Assembly (NCBI GenBank): GCA_001189215.1
Contig: LFCR01000006.1
Span: forward strand, 133,354-197,353
DNA length: 64,000 nucleotides
Direction of reading: 5' to 3'
Source of the DNA: Parcubacteria bacterium C7867-008
Lineage (GTDB): Bacteria; Patescibacteriota; Minisyncoccia; Phycocordibacterales; Phycocordibacteraceae
The notes under the pieces: generated by a model
Databases searched by the model: none
Told to the model about the DNA's origin: nothing
Seen by the model: only the letters and a program-made list of their open reading frames with translations
In this document: one piece after another, positions 29,004-39,081 of the stretch
Numbering within the stretch: the stretch's first letter is position 1
Layout of the letters: the number at the start of each line of letters is the position of its first letter
Made by a program: the position numbers and the translations under genes

Positions 29004-29486
29004 ATGACTCGAACGGCCCTCCTGTCCCTCCTCCTTGTTCTTACATTCCTAGGCCTCGCAGACTCCTGGTATCTTGCCCAGACTGCACTTGATGGAGACT
29101 CACTTGCTTGTAGTATTCAGGGTCTTGAAAGCCTCAATGGATGTAACCAAGTGGCACAGAGTGCCTATTCTAAAGTCTTTGGACTACCGTTAGCCCTCTA
29201 CGGTGTCTTCTTCTACGGCGTACTTTTTGTAATAGCTTCGGTGCTTTTTGCGGTATCGTGGCGCATGTTGTATCGCGCATCTATTGCTCTTGGGGTAATT
29301 GGTCTGCTCCTTTCGCTCTATTTTGTATTCCTTCAGTTTTTTGTAATTAAGGCACTTTGCGTATATTGCTTAGCTTCAATGGTTATCTCGTTCTGTATAT
29401 TCTTTGTAACGCTGCACCTGTGGAAGCGGTTTGCCTTAGTGAAGGTGTTGGATCCCTTTACGCCCGTCATCCCCTTGACCTCATAA
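29004..29486 (+). CDS. vitamin K epoxide reductase (VKOR) family protein
   Basis: C...C..VAQSAYS loop, CVYC motif, 4 TMs. Confidence 0.9.
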   Translation: MTRTALLSLLLVLTFLGLADSWYLAQTALDGDSLACSIQGLESLNGCNQVAQSAYSKVFGLPLALYGVFFYGVLFVIASVLFAVSWRMLYRASIALGVIGLLLSLYFVFLQFFVIKALCVYCLASMVISFCIFFVTLHLWKRFALVKVLDPFTPVIPLTS

Positions 29487-29490
29487 CACT

Positions 29491-30657
29491 ATGTCTACGT
29501 CGCGCATCATTCTTCCCGTATTACTTGCACTGATGCTTCCGATCCTCTCGCACGCGGCAACGTTTGCAGAAGATAAGACCATTGTAGTTTCAGCTCCGCC
29601 ACCCGATAACACGTATCTCGCTGGCGTATCTGTGAGCGTGAGTGCACCACTTCCTGCAGACCTGGCTGCAGCAGGAGGTACGGTCACTACCTACTCACCA
29701 ATCAAGGGAGACGCACTTATCACAGGAGGCACCATTCATCTCCAAGAAGCTGTTGAGGGCGATGTACGTGCGGCAGGACTCCAAGTATTGATCGACGGTC
29801 CCGTAACAGGAGATGTTGTTGTAGGAGGTGGTACGGTCAAAGTAACTGCTCCTGCGCGTGATGTTCGTCTCTTCGGCTTACAAGTACTTGCAACGGGTGG
29901 CGCAGAAGGACCGGTAACTATTTACGGCACCGATGTAACCCTTGCGGGTGAATATGCAGGTGATGTTGAGATTATTGCGTCTGACCGCCTCATCATAGGA
30001 CCTGATACCCACATACGCGGAACCCTTAGGTACAATGCGCCGCAACAGATAGAAATACCAGCTTCATCAGTGGTGGATGGGGGAGTTACGTACACCGGCT
30101 CATACGCATACGTCCCCACGAATGCTGAAGTACAAAAGTTTGCGATTGCTGGTGCAGGTATCTTCTTCATCGTACGTGCGCTTGCGGTAATGGTTGCTGC
30201 AGGCCTTCTTGCGGGCGTCTTCCCAATCTTTAGTGCGCCTCTTGCAACGCGTGTGTTCACTCGTCGCTACGCACGGTTAAGTCTGCTAGCCCTTCTTGGC
30301 TTTGGTGTTCTCATCGCTGCTCCGGCATTGATACTTCTCCTCTCTGTTTCTTTTGTTGGTGCTGCCATTGCACTGCTTCTTGGTGCTGCATATATTTTGC
30401 TCGTATTCCTCTCCTATCTCTATGCAGGTATTCTTGCAGGTGGGGCCGTTCGCTATCTTGCCACAAAACGCTCAGCAACACTTATCTCATGGAAGGACGC
30501 AATAGTAGGAATGCTCGTATTCTTCATTGCGGGTAGTCTTCCATACGTGGGAGGTGTTATTACTCTCGTTGCACTCTGTATCACGCTTGGTGCATTGGTT
30601 TCAAATCTCTATCTGTTTGCCTTCCATCGCACCACGTCGTGGCACACTGAATTCTAA
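29491..30657 (+). CDS. membrane protein with beta-helix (bactofilin-like) N-terminal repeats
   Basis: Signal peptide; GD..aGG.V repeats; C-terminal TMs. Confidence 0.75.
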   Translation: MSTSRIILPVLLALMLPILSHAATFAEDKTIVVSAPPPDNTYLAGVSVSVSAPLPADLAAAGGTVTTYSPIKGDALITGGTIHLQEAVEGDVRAAGLQVLIDGPVTGDVVVGGGTVKVTAPARDVRLFGLQVLATGGAEGPVTIYGTDVTLAGEYAGDVEIIASDRLIIGPDTHIRGTLRYNAPQQIEIPASSVVDGGVTYTGSYAYVPTNAEVQKFAIAGAGIFFIVRALAVMVAAGLLAGVFPIFSAPLATRVFTRRYARLSLLALLGFGVLIAAPALILLLSVSFVGAAIALLLGAAYILLVFLSYLYAGILAGGAVRYLATKRSATLISWKDAIVGMLVFFIAGSLPYVGGVITLVALCITLGALVSNLYLFAFHRTTSWHTEF

Positions 30658-30667
30658 GCACATCCCT

Positions 30668-31141
30668 ATGGCTATTCCTCAAACAGGTTCTATCGCACCC
30701 ACATTCACGCTCCTTGATCAGGATGGAGTTGAACACTCTCTAGCGGAAGCAAAAGGGAAATACGCTCTTGTCTACTTCTATCCCAAAGACGATACCGGTG
30801 GCTGTACTAAAGAAGCCTGTTCACTGGGAGAATATTTCCCAGACTTTTCTAAGAGTGGAGCAGTGATATACGGTATCTCTCCAGACACCGTAAAGAGCCA
30901 CAAGAAGTTTGCAGAGAAGTACTCTTTACCATTTACCCTTCTCGCTGATCCAGATCATCAGGCCATTAAAGCGTACGACGTGTGGGGACCAAAGAAGTTC
31001 ATGGGTCGAGACTATGACGGGGTATACCGTACTTCATTCCTTATTGCTCCAGATGGCACTATCGCCAAGGTGTACGAGAATGTGAAGCCAGAATCACATG
31101 CCCAGGAAGTACTAACCGACCTCAAGGAACTTGGTGCCTAG
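30668..31141 (+). CDS. bcp: thioredoxin-dependent peroxiredoxin BCP
   Basis: YFYPKDDTGGCTKEAC. Confidence 0.93.
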   Translation: MAIPQTGSIAPTFTLLDQDGVEHSLAEAKGKYALVYFYPKDDTGGCTKEACSLGEYFPDFSKSGAVIYGISPDTVKSHKKFAEKYSLPFTLLADPDHQAIKAYDVWGPKKFMGRDYDGVYRTSFLIAPDGTIAKVYENVKPESHAQEVLTDLKELGA

Positions 31142-31144
31142 TCC

Positions 31145-31810
31145 ATGACAAAGAAGCAAGAAGAACGAAAGCTGCGGGCAAAGAAGATACTCGCATACTT
31201 AAAGAAAGCATACCCAGAACCTAAGACCGAACTAGCATATAAAACACCCGTTCAACTTGCTGCTGCTGTGATGCTCTCTGCACAATCCACGGACAAGCGT
31301 GTGAACATTGTTACCGAAACCCTGTGGAAGAAATACAAAACTATTAATGATTTTGCTGACGCAGATCTCGCCACGTTCACTAAAGAAATCTCCAGCATTA
31401 CCTTCTACCGAAACAAAGCAAAAGCTATCATCGGTATGGCCCAGAGAGTGCGTAGTGAATACAAAGGAAAGATCCCAAAAACTGAAGCAGAACTGGTTAC
31501 GCTCCCAGGTATCGCATACAAGTCCGCACACGTCATCATAGGAGAACTCTACGGCATATACGAAGGTATCCCCACAGACACGCACGTACGTCGCTTTGCG
31601 CTTCGCTTTGATCTCACTGATAGTAAGGACCTCACAAAGATTTCCAAAGATCTAGAAGCACTCATCCCCAAAGCAGACTGGAAGTATGTAAACAATGGAC
31701 TTGTACTGTATGGACGGTATCTGTGTAAGGCGCTGCCGCACGATTGTGCCGACCATCCTTTGACCAAGATTTGGCCGCCCGCAGCTAGTCGCTGGCCTAA
31801 GAGTAAGTAA
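31145..31810 (+). CDS. nth: endonuclease III
   Basis: LSAQSTDKRVN, HhH LPGIAYKSA, DTHVRR. Confidence 0.88.
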   Translation: MTKKQEERKLRAKKILAYLKKAYPEPKTELAYKTPVQLAAAVMLSAQSTDKRVNIVTETLWKKYKTINDFADADLATFTKEISSITFYRNKAKAIIGMAQRVRSEYKGKIPKTEAELVTLPGIAYKSAHVIIGELYGIYEGIPTDTHVRRFALRFDLTDSKDLTKISKDLEALIPKADWKYVNNGLVLYGRYLCKALPHDCADHPLTKIWPPAASRWPKSK

Positions 31811-31846
31811 CTTGCGTTTTATAAGCAGGAGAGTATAGTATTTTCA

Positions 31847-32022
31847 GCTGGGCTCCCAAGAGTTCTTATTCTCGTGTACCTCGTCGTCACGTTGGGGCGG
31901 CATAGGGGCAGACTACAATTTACGGCCTCGAGGCCTTGAATCTTAGGTGTCGGCGGATAACCTTGTGTCCTCTGTGACTCATAACTGCCCATCCTAAGGC
32001 TCTCTTCGGGAGTCTAGCACCA
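31847..32022 (+). ncRNA. ~175-nt structured ncRNA, 6S RNA-like
   Basis: Long closing stem GCTGGGCTCCC-AAGAG / CTCTT-C-GGGAGTCTAGC; upstream TTGCGT...TATAGT; downstream terminator; no ORF. Confidence 0.55.
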
Positions 32023-32028
32023 CACTAT

Positions 32029-32059
32029 AGCGTCCACCTTCGGGGGGCGCTTTCTTTTT
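32029..32059 (+). terminator. intrinsic terminator
   Basis: AGCGTCCACC-TTCG-GGGGGCGCT followed by TTCTTTTT. Confidence 0.75.
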
Positions 32060-32101
32060 ATTTCCCCTTTCATATCCACAGGATAGACTGTTGGTATTGT
32101 T

Positions 32102-32911
32102 ATGGATTTAAGGAAGTTCAGGAAAACCATATGGGATTTTTATAAAAAAGAGGGGAGGCACAACCTGCCCTGGAGACACACCAACGACCCATACTCTATC
32201 CTTGTTTCAGAAGTAATGTTGCAACAGACGCAGGTTGAACGGGTGCGAGCATATTACACTGCGTGGCTCAAGAAATTTCCAACCGTACGTGTTCTTGCAA
32301 ATGCTCCACTCGCAGACGTCCTCAAGGCGTGGCAAGGACTTGGGTATAACCGTCGTGCCAAGATGTTGCATGACGCTGCTAAGAAAGTGGTTTCAGAATA
32401 CAAAGGGAAGATGCCAACTGATCCTGATATCCTTGTTACGCTCCCTGGTGTTGGTCCGTACACTGCACGAGCTGTTGCAGCATTCTCAACAAATACAGAT
32501 ACCGTATTCATTGAGACCAACCTGCGTACTGTAGTGATGCATCATTTCTATCCAAACACAGATAAAGTGTCTGATGCAGAGATACTAGAAGTTCTAGCCA
32601 GCGCTCTTCCAAAGGGCAGGGCAAGGGAATGGTATGCCGCCCTTATGGATTATGGTTCGTATTTAAAGAGGAATGGTGTACGTGTAAATTCTAAGAGTGC
32701 TACCTATGTAAAACAATCCATATTTAGCGGTTCTGGTCGTGAGGCACGAGGTGCCATTCTAAAAGAACTTACACAAGGCACTGCGACAAAGAAACGTCTC
32801 ACTGGTCTTCTGGGTGACGCTCGTACGGAACAAATGTCCCTACAGCTTCAAAAACTACTCACCGAAGGCATGATACAGAAATATGGAACTCAATACTCAT
32901 TACCGCGTTAA
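32102..32911 (+). CDS. mutY: A/G-specific adenine glycosylase (short MutY-like)
   Basis: LPWR, VSEVMLQQTQV, WQGLGYNRRA, LPGVGPYTA; no Fe-S Cys motif. Confidence 0.88.
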   Translation: MDLRKFRKTIWDFYKKEGRHNLPWRHTNDPYSILVSEVMLQQTQVERVRAYYTAWLKKFPTVRVLANAPLADVLKAWQGLGYNRRAKMLHDAAKKVVSEYKGKMPTDPDILVTLPGVGPYTARAVAAFSTNTDTVFIETNLRTVVMHHFYPNTDKVSDAEILEVLASALPKGRAREWYAALMDYGSYLKRNGVRVNSKSATYVKQSIFSGSGREARGAILKELTQGTATKKRLTGLLGDARTEQMSLQLQKLLTEGMIQKYGTQYSLPR

Positions 32912-34101
32912 GCAGGATCAGCCACAGAACCAATGGCAACTTGTTTAGGGCGGAGACCTTGAATTGAATTGGCAGCAAGAACACCTCCAATCGCAATAAA
33001 GATTCCAGATACGATAAAGAATACTGTGAAGTTACTAATCATGAGAATGATGGTGCCGACAAGCGGTGCAACAAGCGCTCCAACCGGACGCGTCATACGG
33101 AAGACACTAACAGTGTTAGTGTCTTGTTCTGAGACTCTGCGGAAGAAGTGACCCTCTACCATCGCTTCAACTAATGCAGCACCAATACGCGTTAGTAGAA
33201 GAATACCGAGAATTATTAAGATAGAAGTTTCTGCGGTTATGAACCCCACAAGAGCAAATGAAATACCGGTACAAATGAATCCGACTATCAGAAGTATGCG
33301 ATCTCCAAACCTAGTATCGGCAAGTACTCCTGCTGGATATTCAATTAGTACAAATGGAATCAACATAATTGCAAAGATCCAACCAAGTTCAGACCAAGGA
33401 ATGCCTAATACTGTGTGGAGATACAGAGGAATATACAGTGGCGCTAGGTGGAAGAAGAGCTGAAGGATGCCCATGGCAATCGCTACCGCACGTAGATCCT
33501 TATCTTTCGCAATACACGCACAGGCTTCTGTAACATTGTGTATCCCAAGAATACGCTTAGAGGGTAGTTTGCGAAGGAACATTAGAAGTATTACCGGTAT
33601 GAGAGAGAACGAGGCAACGAGGAATACGCGATCGTAATGTGCATCACCATCCAGGAGTAGGCCAATGATAAGTGGTGCAATTACGAGCATTAGATTACCA
33701 GCAGTGATAAACGCTGTACGTACACGCCCCGTTTCGTCTTCGCTCTCAACGGTGGCTTCAAGAAGAATATCCAATTGATATACCAGAAGGGGAGAAACTG
33801 CACATGCTAGTGCGGCAAGCAGCACAGCGCCCACTACCGTTGGAGTAAGTGCGAGCCACAGAAGAATACACATCTCTACTAATGCAAAGAAGATCACCAA
33901 GCGCTGAGGACCATGCTGTGCCACGAGCTTTGGTATGAAGGGGAAGATTCCCAGAGTCACCAATGCACCCAAGGACACAACCAAACCGGTACTCTCCTCC
34001 GGCATGAATGTCGCCAGATAGGGAGTGAGGATGTAGATAATGAGGAAAAAATGCGCTGCAGCAAAGAAGTTGCTCAGCGATAGAATACGGCGCGCCTGCA
34101 T
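32908..34101 (-). CDS. MFS transporter
   Basis: ~12 TMs; PAGVLADTRFG motif. Confidence 0.8.
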   Translation of the reverse strand: MQARRILSLSNFFAAAHFFLIIYILTPYLATFMPEESTGLVVSLGALVTLGIFPFIPKLVAQHGPQRLVIFFALVEMCILLWLALTPTVVGAVLLAALACAVSPLLVYQLDILLEATVESEDETGRVRTAFITAGNLMLVIAPLIIGLLLDGDAHYDRVFLVASFSLIPVILLMFLRKLPSKRILGIHNVTEACACIAKDKDLRAVAIAMGILQLFFHLAPLYIPLYLHTVLGIPWSELGWIFAIMLIPFVLIEYPAGVLADTRFGDRILLIVGFICTGISFALVGFITAETSILIILGILLLTRIGAALVEAMVEGHFFRRVSEQDTNTVSVFRMTRPVGALVAPLVGTIILMISNFTVFFIVSGIFIAIGGVLAANSIQGLRPKQVAIGSVADPA

Positions 34102-34145
34102 GATGCACGAATTGTAACATTTACCATAAACAATCTATGCTGTAT

Positions 34146-34451
34146 TTAGAACTGCAGTAACGCGTATACAGTAAAAGCGATGATGCCCACGGAGAGAATC
34201 GTTGCAGGTATCAATACTGCTAGCTTTACCGGGCTACCTTTCTTGATGAGATTAATCAGATATGCAATGATCGTTACTACTGCCAAAACGATGACCACAC
34301 AACCCACAATAAAAGTAATTACTGCTAACAAAATACCCCATAACCACTGAGCGGTATCTTGCATGAAATTTTCAAGTAGGTACCATGCGACACCAATCTC
34401 TACGACGCATACGAACATGGCTATGGATATGCTACGAAGGAAAGAGTTCAT
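34146..34451 (-). CDS. hypothetical 3-TM membrane protein
   Basis: Hydrophobic ORF filling the gap. Confidence 0.6.
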   Translation of the reverse strand: MNSFLRSISIAMFVCVVEIGVAWYLLENFMQDTAQWLWGILLAVITFIVGCVVIVLAVVTIIAYLINLIKKGSPVKLAVLIPATILSVGIIAFTVYALLQF

Positions 34452-34467
34452 GAAGATAAGTATACGA

Positions 34468-34499
34468 CAAAGGCCCGCATCAAATGATGCGGGCCTTTG
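34468..34499 (-). terminator. terminator downstream of rnj
   Basis: CAAAGGCCCGCATC-AAAT-GATGCGGGCCTTTG. Confidence 0.7.
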
Positions 34500-34516
34500 C
34501 ATGTGTTAGATGAGCC

Positions 34517-36487
34517 TTAGACGCCAATAAGTACCGGGATAACCATCGGTGCCTTATTCGTACGATTGAATAGATAGCCACTCATAACATCCGTGAGATT
34601 GTTCTTCACGTAGTCGAGATCAACCGGATTCATACCATGAGTGGAATCTTCCACCGTCTTCTTGATAAGAAGACGAGCCTGATTCAAGAGATCCTGACTC
34701 TCACGAAGATAGACGAAGCCACGAGAAATGATATCGGGAGACTTGCGTAGCTTACCGGTCTTCAGGTTAACGGTCGCAATGATGACGAACATACCATCCT
34801 TAGCGAGTGCCTGACGATCACGAATAACAACCTCCTGCATGTCGCCGATAGCGAAGCCATCAACAATAAGAGGGGAGTTAGGAACTCGCTCTTTATGTAC
34901 ATCGAGCTTCACACCATCGATGATGTCGATCACCGTACCGTTATCTGCAAGAATAATAGAGTCGCGTGGACGTCCCGCTTGTTCAATTGCTTTAGCGTGC
35001 GACGCAGTCATAGAGTAGTAGCCGTACGCAGGCATAAAGAATGCAGCGTTTACCTTCTTGTTGATCCAGATGAGCTCACCCGTATTACCGTGACCCGTTG
35101 AGTGCACATCGCTTGAGCGATAGTGGATCAAGGTCACACCATTACGATAGAGATTATCCTTAAGTTTCTGCACAGCGATCTCGTTACCAGGAATAACTGA
35201 TGACGAAAGGACGATAGTGTCGCGAGGGTTGAGCTGGATATTCTTGTGCTGCTTGGTAGCGATACGCATAAGTGCTGCAAACTCCTCACCCTGCGCCCCG
35301 GTTGAAAGGATGACAATCTTATCTGCAGGATAATCACCGATTTCCTGTGCGGGAATGATGGTGTCCTTCTTAATATTGATGAGGTTGGTCTTCTGTGCGA
35401 TCTCAAGGTTTGTCTTGATAGAGCGACCTTCAGTTACCACCTTCTTACCAAGTTTTTCGCAGGTCTCAATGATGTGGATCATGCGTTCAAACTGAGACGC
35501 GAACGTACCGATTATAAGACGACCGTGTACATTCTTGATGATCTCTTCGAGGGTCTCATGCACTTTACGTTCAGGCATTGAGAAACCATCGCGCTCAGCA
35601 TTTGTTGAGTCTGCAATGAAGAAGAGGTTCTTCTGTGCAGCAAGCACACCCCAGGTCTTCTCTTCCTTTGCGGTTGGAATACCGTTGTCATGGTCAAGCT
35701 TAAGGTCTCCTGTTACCACTACGTTGCCGTATGGAGTCTCAACAGCGATACCCATTGAGTCTGGAATAGAGTGAGTAACCGCAAAGAACTGAACTTTCGT
35801 TGAGCCAATCGTTACTGTCTGACCTGCTTCCACAACTACTAGGTTCGGCTTGGGTACATCAGGGTATTCTTCCTGACGCTTCTGAATCATCACCGCAGTG
35901 AGGTTCTGTGTGTAGATCGGTGGGTTACCGAATCGGTTCATAAGGAATGGGATACCGCCGATGTGGTCGAGGTGACCGTGGGTGATGAATACTGCGCGCA
36001 CCCGGTCCGCATTCTTCTCGAGATATGCCGTGTTAGGGAGCATATAGTCCACACCCGGGTTTGAATCTTCAGAAACGAACTGGAAGCCAACATCGAAGAT
36101 AAAGATGTCGCCATTGGTTTCGACGCAGAACATGTTGCGTCCCACTTCCTCAACGCCACCCAGTGGAATCACTCGAACAACGTTCGATGCAGGAGCTGCA
36201 GGGAAGTAGTCGGCACCACGTTTTGGAGTGGTGTTAGGAGCTGGTCTGCGCATGCGCATCCGATCACGAGATGAACCGCGTCCACGGGGACCTGCTGATG
36301 ATGAACGACCACGAGGTCCTTCGCTGCGCGGTGTGCCTCCTTCAGGGCGTGGTCCACGTCCTTGACCTGGTGGGCCGCGACGTATAGGACGACGAGGTCC
36401 ACCCTCAGGACGAGGAGAGTGTGCTGGAGCTGCTGGACCATCGTGTGGAGTACGAGGTGCTGGAGCTGGAGCGGGTGCTGATGCCAT
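34517..36487 (-). CDS. rnj: ribonuclease J with Pro/Arg/Gly-rich N-terminal extension
   Basis: LGGVEEVGRN, THGHLDHIGG, HSIPD, HSTGH, SRGFVY. Confidence 0.95.
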   Translation of the reverse strand: MASAPAPAPAPRTPHDGPAAPAHSPRPEGGPRRPIRRGPPGQGRGPRPEGGTPRSEGPRGRSSSAGPRGRGSSRDRMRMRRPAPNTTPKRGADYFPAAPASNVVRVIPLGGVEEVGRNMFCVETNGDIFIFDVGFQFVSEDSNPGVDYMLPNTAYLEKNADRVRAVFITHGHLDHIGGIPFLMNRFGNPPIYTQNLTAVMIQKRQEEYPDVPKPNLVVVEAGQTVTIGSTKVQFFAVTHSIPDSMGIAVETPYGNVVVTGDLKLDHDNGIPTAKEEKTWGVLAAQKNLFFIADSTNAERDGFSMPERKVHETLEEIIKNVHGRLIIGTFASQFERMIHIIETCEKLGKKVVTEGRSIKTNLEIAQKTNLINIKKDTIIPAQEIGDYPADKIVILSTGAQGEEFAALMRIATKQHKNIQLNPRDTIVLSSSVIPGNEIAVQKLKDNLYRNGVTLIHYRSSDVHSTGHGNTGELIWINKKVNAAFFMPAYGYYSMTASHAKAIEQAGRPRDSIILADNGTVIDIIDGVKLDVHKERVPNSPLIVDGFAIGDMQEVVIRDRQALAKDGMFVIIATVNLKTGKLRKSPDIISRGFVYLRESQDLLNQARLLIKKTVEDSTHGMNPVDLDYVKNNLTDVMSGYLFNRTNKAPMVIPVLIGV

Positions 36488-36568
36488 AATGAATTGAATT
36501 TAGAATAATGAATTTGATAAAAACAAACAGTGAGAAGTAGGTGACGCGTACGTCCAACCTACTACTTT

Positions 36569-38227
36569 CTATTTACTTTTAGCGAAGATCGGCCATACCA
36601 GTTCTGTGTTGCGATACCAGTGTGCAGCGTCATCGAAACGATCAGATGGTGCTGCTACCTCGGTGATGTGCACGCCATGCAGACCTGATGGAATGGTATA
36701 CACGAAGTCCGGCGTGTGCGTGAATGCTGCAGGATAATCGTTAGCAATCAGCATGTTCAAGGTAGCAAGATCGGTTGGGTCGGGAGTCTTCTCCTGACGA
36801 ATCTTTTCCAAGAGCGCGTCCACCTCCTTATCAGAGTAGTCTGCAATATTAAGACCAGGATTCGTACGTTCTGATGAACTCCAGAAGGCAAACAGATCTG
36901 GTGTACGGCCGATCACTTCTCCAAACAGAAGTGCACCATAGGCACGTGGTCTGATCACTTCCTGTGTTAGAGCACCGGCATCATGAAGTTCAATTGATAC
37001 GGGCACTCCCAATGCCTGCCAATCCTCCTGAACCTGTGTCGCAACTGCTTTCAGTTCCGGTACGTTTGATGTGGTTAGCGTTACGGCAAGCGTTGTGTCT
37101 CCCTTAGACCAACGCTGACTTGCCTCATCATACTTCCATTTGCCATCAGAGAGAATCTGACGAGCATCTGCTACACGAGTGTCCACAGAGGGAAGGGGAA
37201 TAGCAGTGACAGTAGCGCGTGGTGGTAGAGGGCCTGCAATGGCGGTTGCGTATCCACCGAATGATTCGTTCACGATCGCCTGACGATTAATTGCAACAGA
37301 AAGTGCCTTTCGAACACTAATGTCTGCAAATACAGGCTCTTCACTCGGGTTGAAGAAAACTCCAAACACACGACTATACGGTACCTTAATCGCTCGTCCT
37401 GACGCTACTCCATATGCGCTCTGCACCTCTCCTCTACGTACTGCATCATTTAGTTCACTTTGATCAGAGAAGAAGACAAAACGAATACTGCTCAAGTATG
37501 GACGACCAATAGCATATCCTTTAAACGCGGTTAGCTCGTATGAAGAAATTGAACCGTCCCCTTTACGACTCATATTCGAGACTTCAAAGGGTCCTGCACC
37601 AACGGGATTAATCTGGCGAGATGAGAACGGGAATTCTGCATTCGTCACATCTTTCCATATATGCGCAGGGAGAATACCCAGAGTCGTGTCTTCAAGGAAC
37701 GGAGCATACGCCTTTGGTAACGTAAATCGTACGGTACGTGCATCTACTGCTTCTGCACGAATGTTTGCCCAGTTAGCCAGCGCAGGACTGCGAAGTGCAG
37801 GATCCTGTGCTTTTGAAACCGTAAAAACTACGTCACTCGCGGTAACAGAAGTATTGTCCGAGAACTTAGCGTTCTGGCGCAGTATAAAGGTATACGTCTT
37901 TCCATCAGGAGAGATCTCATAGGACTCAGCAAGAACCGGTACCAATACACCATTTGCGTCATGACCCATAAGGCCTGCAAAGGTTAGCGCAGCAAGGTCA
38001 CGGTCTGTATCAGAAATGGCAAGGAGCGGATTAACAAAACGTGGTGTTCCCACAACACCTTCCGTAAACGAACCACCGTACGCTGGCTGTTCTATAAGAA
38101 AGCGCAGCTGAAATCCATACAGCGCAACAATAAGTGCGCATATGACGAGCCCACCCAGGATGCTCATGATGAGTCGGTCACCTGGGGGAAGGGTACGGAG
38201 ATAGCGTAAGGGAGACGGAAAAGTCAT
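36569..38227 (-). CDS. peptide ABC transporter substrate-binding protein (SBP family 5)
   Basis: LAESYEISPDGKTYTFILR, VTASDVVFT, PVGAGPF. Confidence 0.88.
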   Translation of the reverse strand: MTFPSPLRYLRTLPPGDRLIMSILGGLVICALIVALYGFQLRFLIEQPAYGGSFTEGVVGTPRFVNPLLAISDTDRDLAALTFAGLMGHDANGVLVPVLAESYEISPDGKTYTFILRQNAKFSDNTSVTASDVVFTVSKAQDPALRSPALANWANIRAEAVDARTVRFTLPKAYAPFLEDTTLGILPAHIWKDVTNAEFPFSSRQINPVGAGPFEVSNMSRKGDGSISSYELTAFKGYAIGRPYLSSIRFVFFSDQSELNDAVRRGEVQSAYGVASGRAIKVPYSRVFGVFFNPSEEPVFADISVRKALSVAINRQAIVNESFGGYATAIAGPLPPRATVTAIPLPSVDTRVADARQILSDGKWKYDEASQRWSKGDTTLAVTLTTSNVPELKAVATQVQEDWQALGVPVSIELHDAGALTQEVIRPRAYGALLFGEVIGRTPDLFAFWSSSERTNPGLNIADYSDKEVDALLEKIRQEKTPDPTDLATLNMLIANDYPAAFTHTPDFVYTIPSGLHGVHITEVAAPSDRFDDAAHWYRNTELVWPIFAKSK

Positions 38228-38266
38228 GGAAGCACAGATGCCGGTACGCGTTGCGTACCGCACTCC

Positions 38267-38506
38267 TTATCCGATCAGGAATCCTGCTATAGCACTAGCT
38301 ACGAAGAGTACCGCGATCACAACGGTCGCGTTAAATAGGAACTTCTCCGCGCCACGGCGCTTATAGAATGTCGATGCGAAGTTGTCACCTCCGAATGCAC
38401 CCCCTAGACCAGCACCGCGCTGTTGAAGCACGATTCCGATGATAAGGAGGAGGGAGAGAACCAGCTCCGCGTATGGCAATATCGCCTTGAGTGTCTCCAT
38501 CTTCAT
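38267..38506 (-). CDS. secG: preprotein translocase subunit SecG
   Basis: VLQQRGAGLGGAFGG...RRGAEKFL. Confidence 0.92.
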   Translation of the reverse strand: MKMETLKAILPYAELVLSLLLIIGIVLQQRGAGLGGAFGGDNFASTFYKRRGAEKFLFNATVVIAVLFVASAIAGFLIG

Positions 38507-38862
38507 TATTTCTTCGTGCGTCGCGGAAAGAAGTCCACGTTGCTACCGAATATGCCGAGCAGGGCGCCAGCGCAAGCGAACCACATGTAGAGGTTCTCGC
38601 GCAAGGCACCGTGATCGAGCATATCAGCGATGAAGACGGCCAGCAGTACGAGGCTGCCGAAGCTGAACAGGAGCCCGGTGGCGCTCTTGCGTTCGTGTAG
38701 CATCAACTTCAGGCTGAGCACAGAGTAGCAAAGAGCCATACCCATGACCAGCAAGGAAGCGATCCTGGTACTGATGGACAGCCCACCGATCGTGATTATG
38801 AACAGGACGACACCGCCGACGGCGCTCAGAAGGCCGATCCAGAAACAGATGGTACGAAACAT
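38506..38862 (-). CDS. hypothetical 4-TM membrane protein (GC-rich)
   Basis: SD GGGAG; stop overlaps the secG start (TAATG). Confidence 0.65.
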   Translation of the reverse strand: MFRTICFWIGLLSAVGGVVLFIITIGGLSISTRIASLLVMGMALCYSVLSLKLMLHERKSATGLLFSFGSLVLLAVFIADMLDHGALRENLYMWFACAGALLGIFGSNVDFFPRRTKK

Positions 38863-38902
38863 GGCTTGGAATCTCCCGTGAGCCGTTTGTTTAACTGGAT
38901 AT

Positions 38903-38932
38903 ATTATACTACACAAGTACTGTCTAAGTCAA
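38903..38932 (-). promoter_or_regulatory. sigma70 promoter TTGACT-18-TATAAT
   Basis: Read on the minus strand upstream of 38862/secG. Confidence 0.65.
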
Positions 38933-39081
38933 GCAGTTTGACGCTATTTTTCTATTTCTGGTAAACTTGATGTAATTCCACTACCTGTGGATAACTTTTC
39001 GGCAGTGGGGAAGGCTCACACCGGAAAAGGCAAGAAACAAATCGTTACAAGCGTTCTTCATTTATCTAAGAGCGTATTTCT

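Noticed and set aside
36200-36487. Low-complexity Pro/Arg/Gly N-terminus of RNase J (and R/S/G tail of the helicase)
   Set aside because: Disordered tails are common in RNA-decay enzymes; not a DNA repeat element.
38986-38994. Perfect DnaA box (TGTGGATAA); a near match at ~32072
   Set aside because: Isolated boxes with no cluster, no AT-rich unwinding element and no dnaA, so not called oriC.
38940-39081. Searched for a CIRCE/HrcA operator upstream of groES
   Set aside because: No TTAGCACTC-N9-GAGTGCTAA found.
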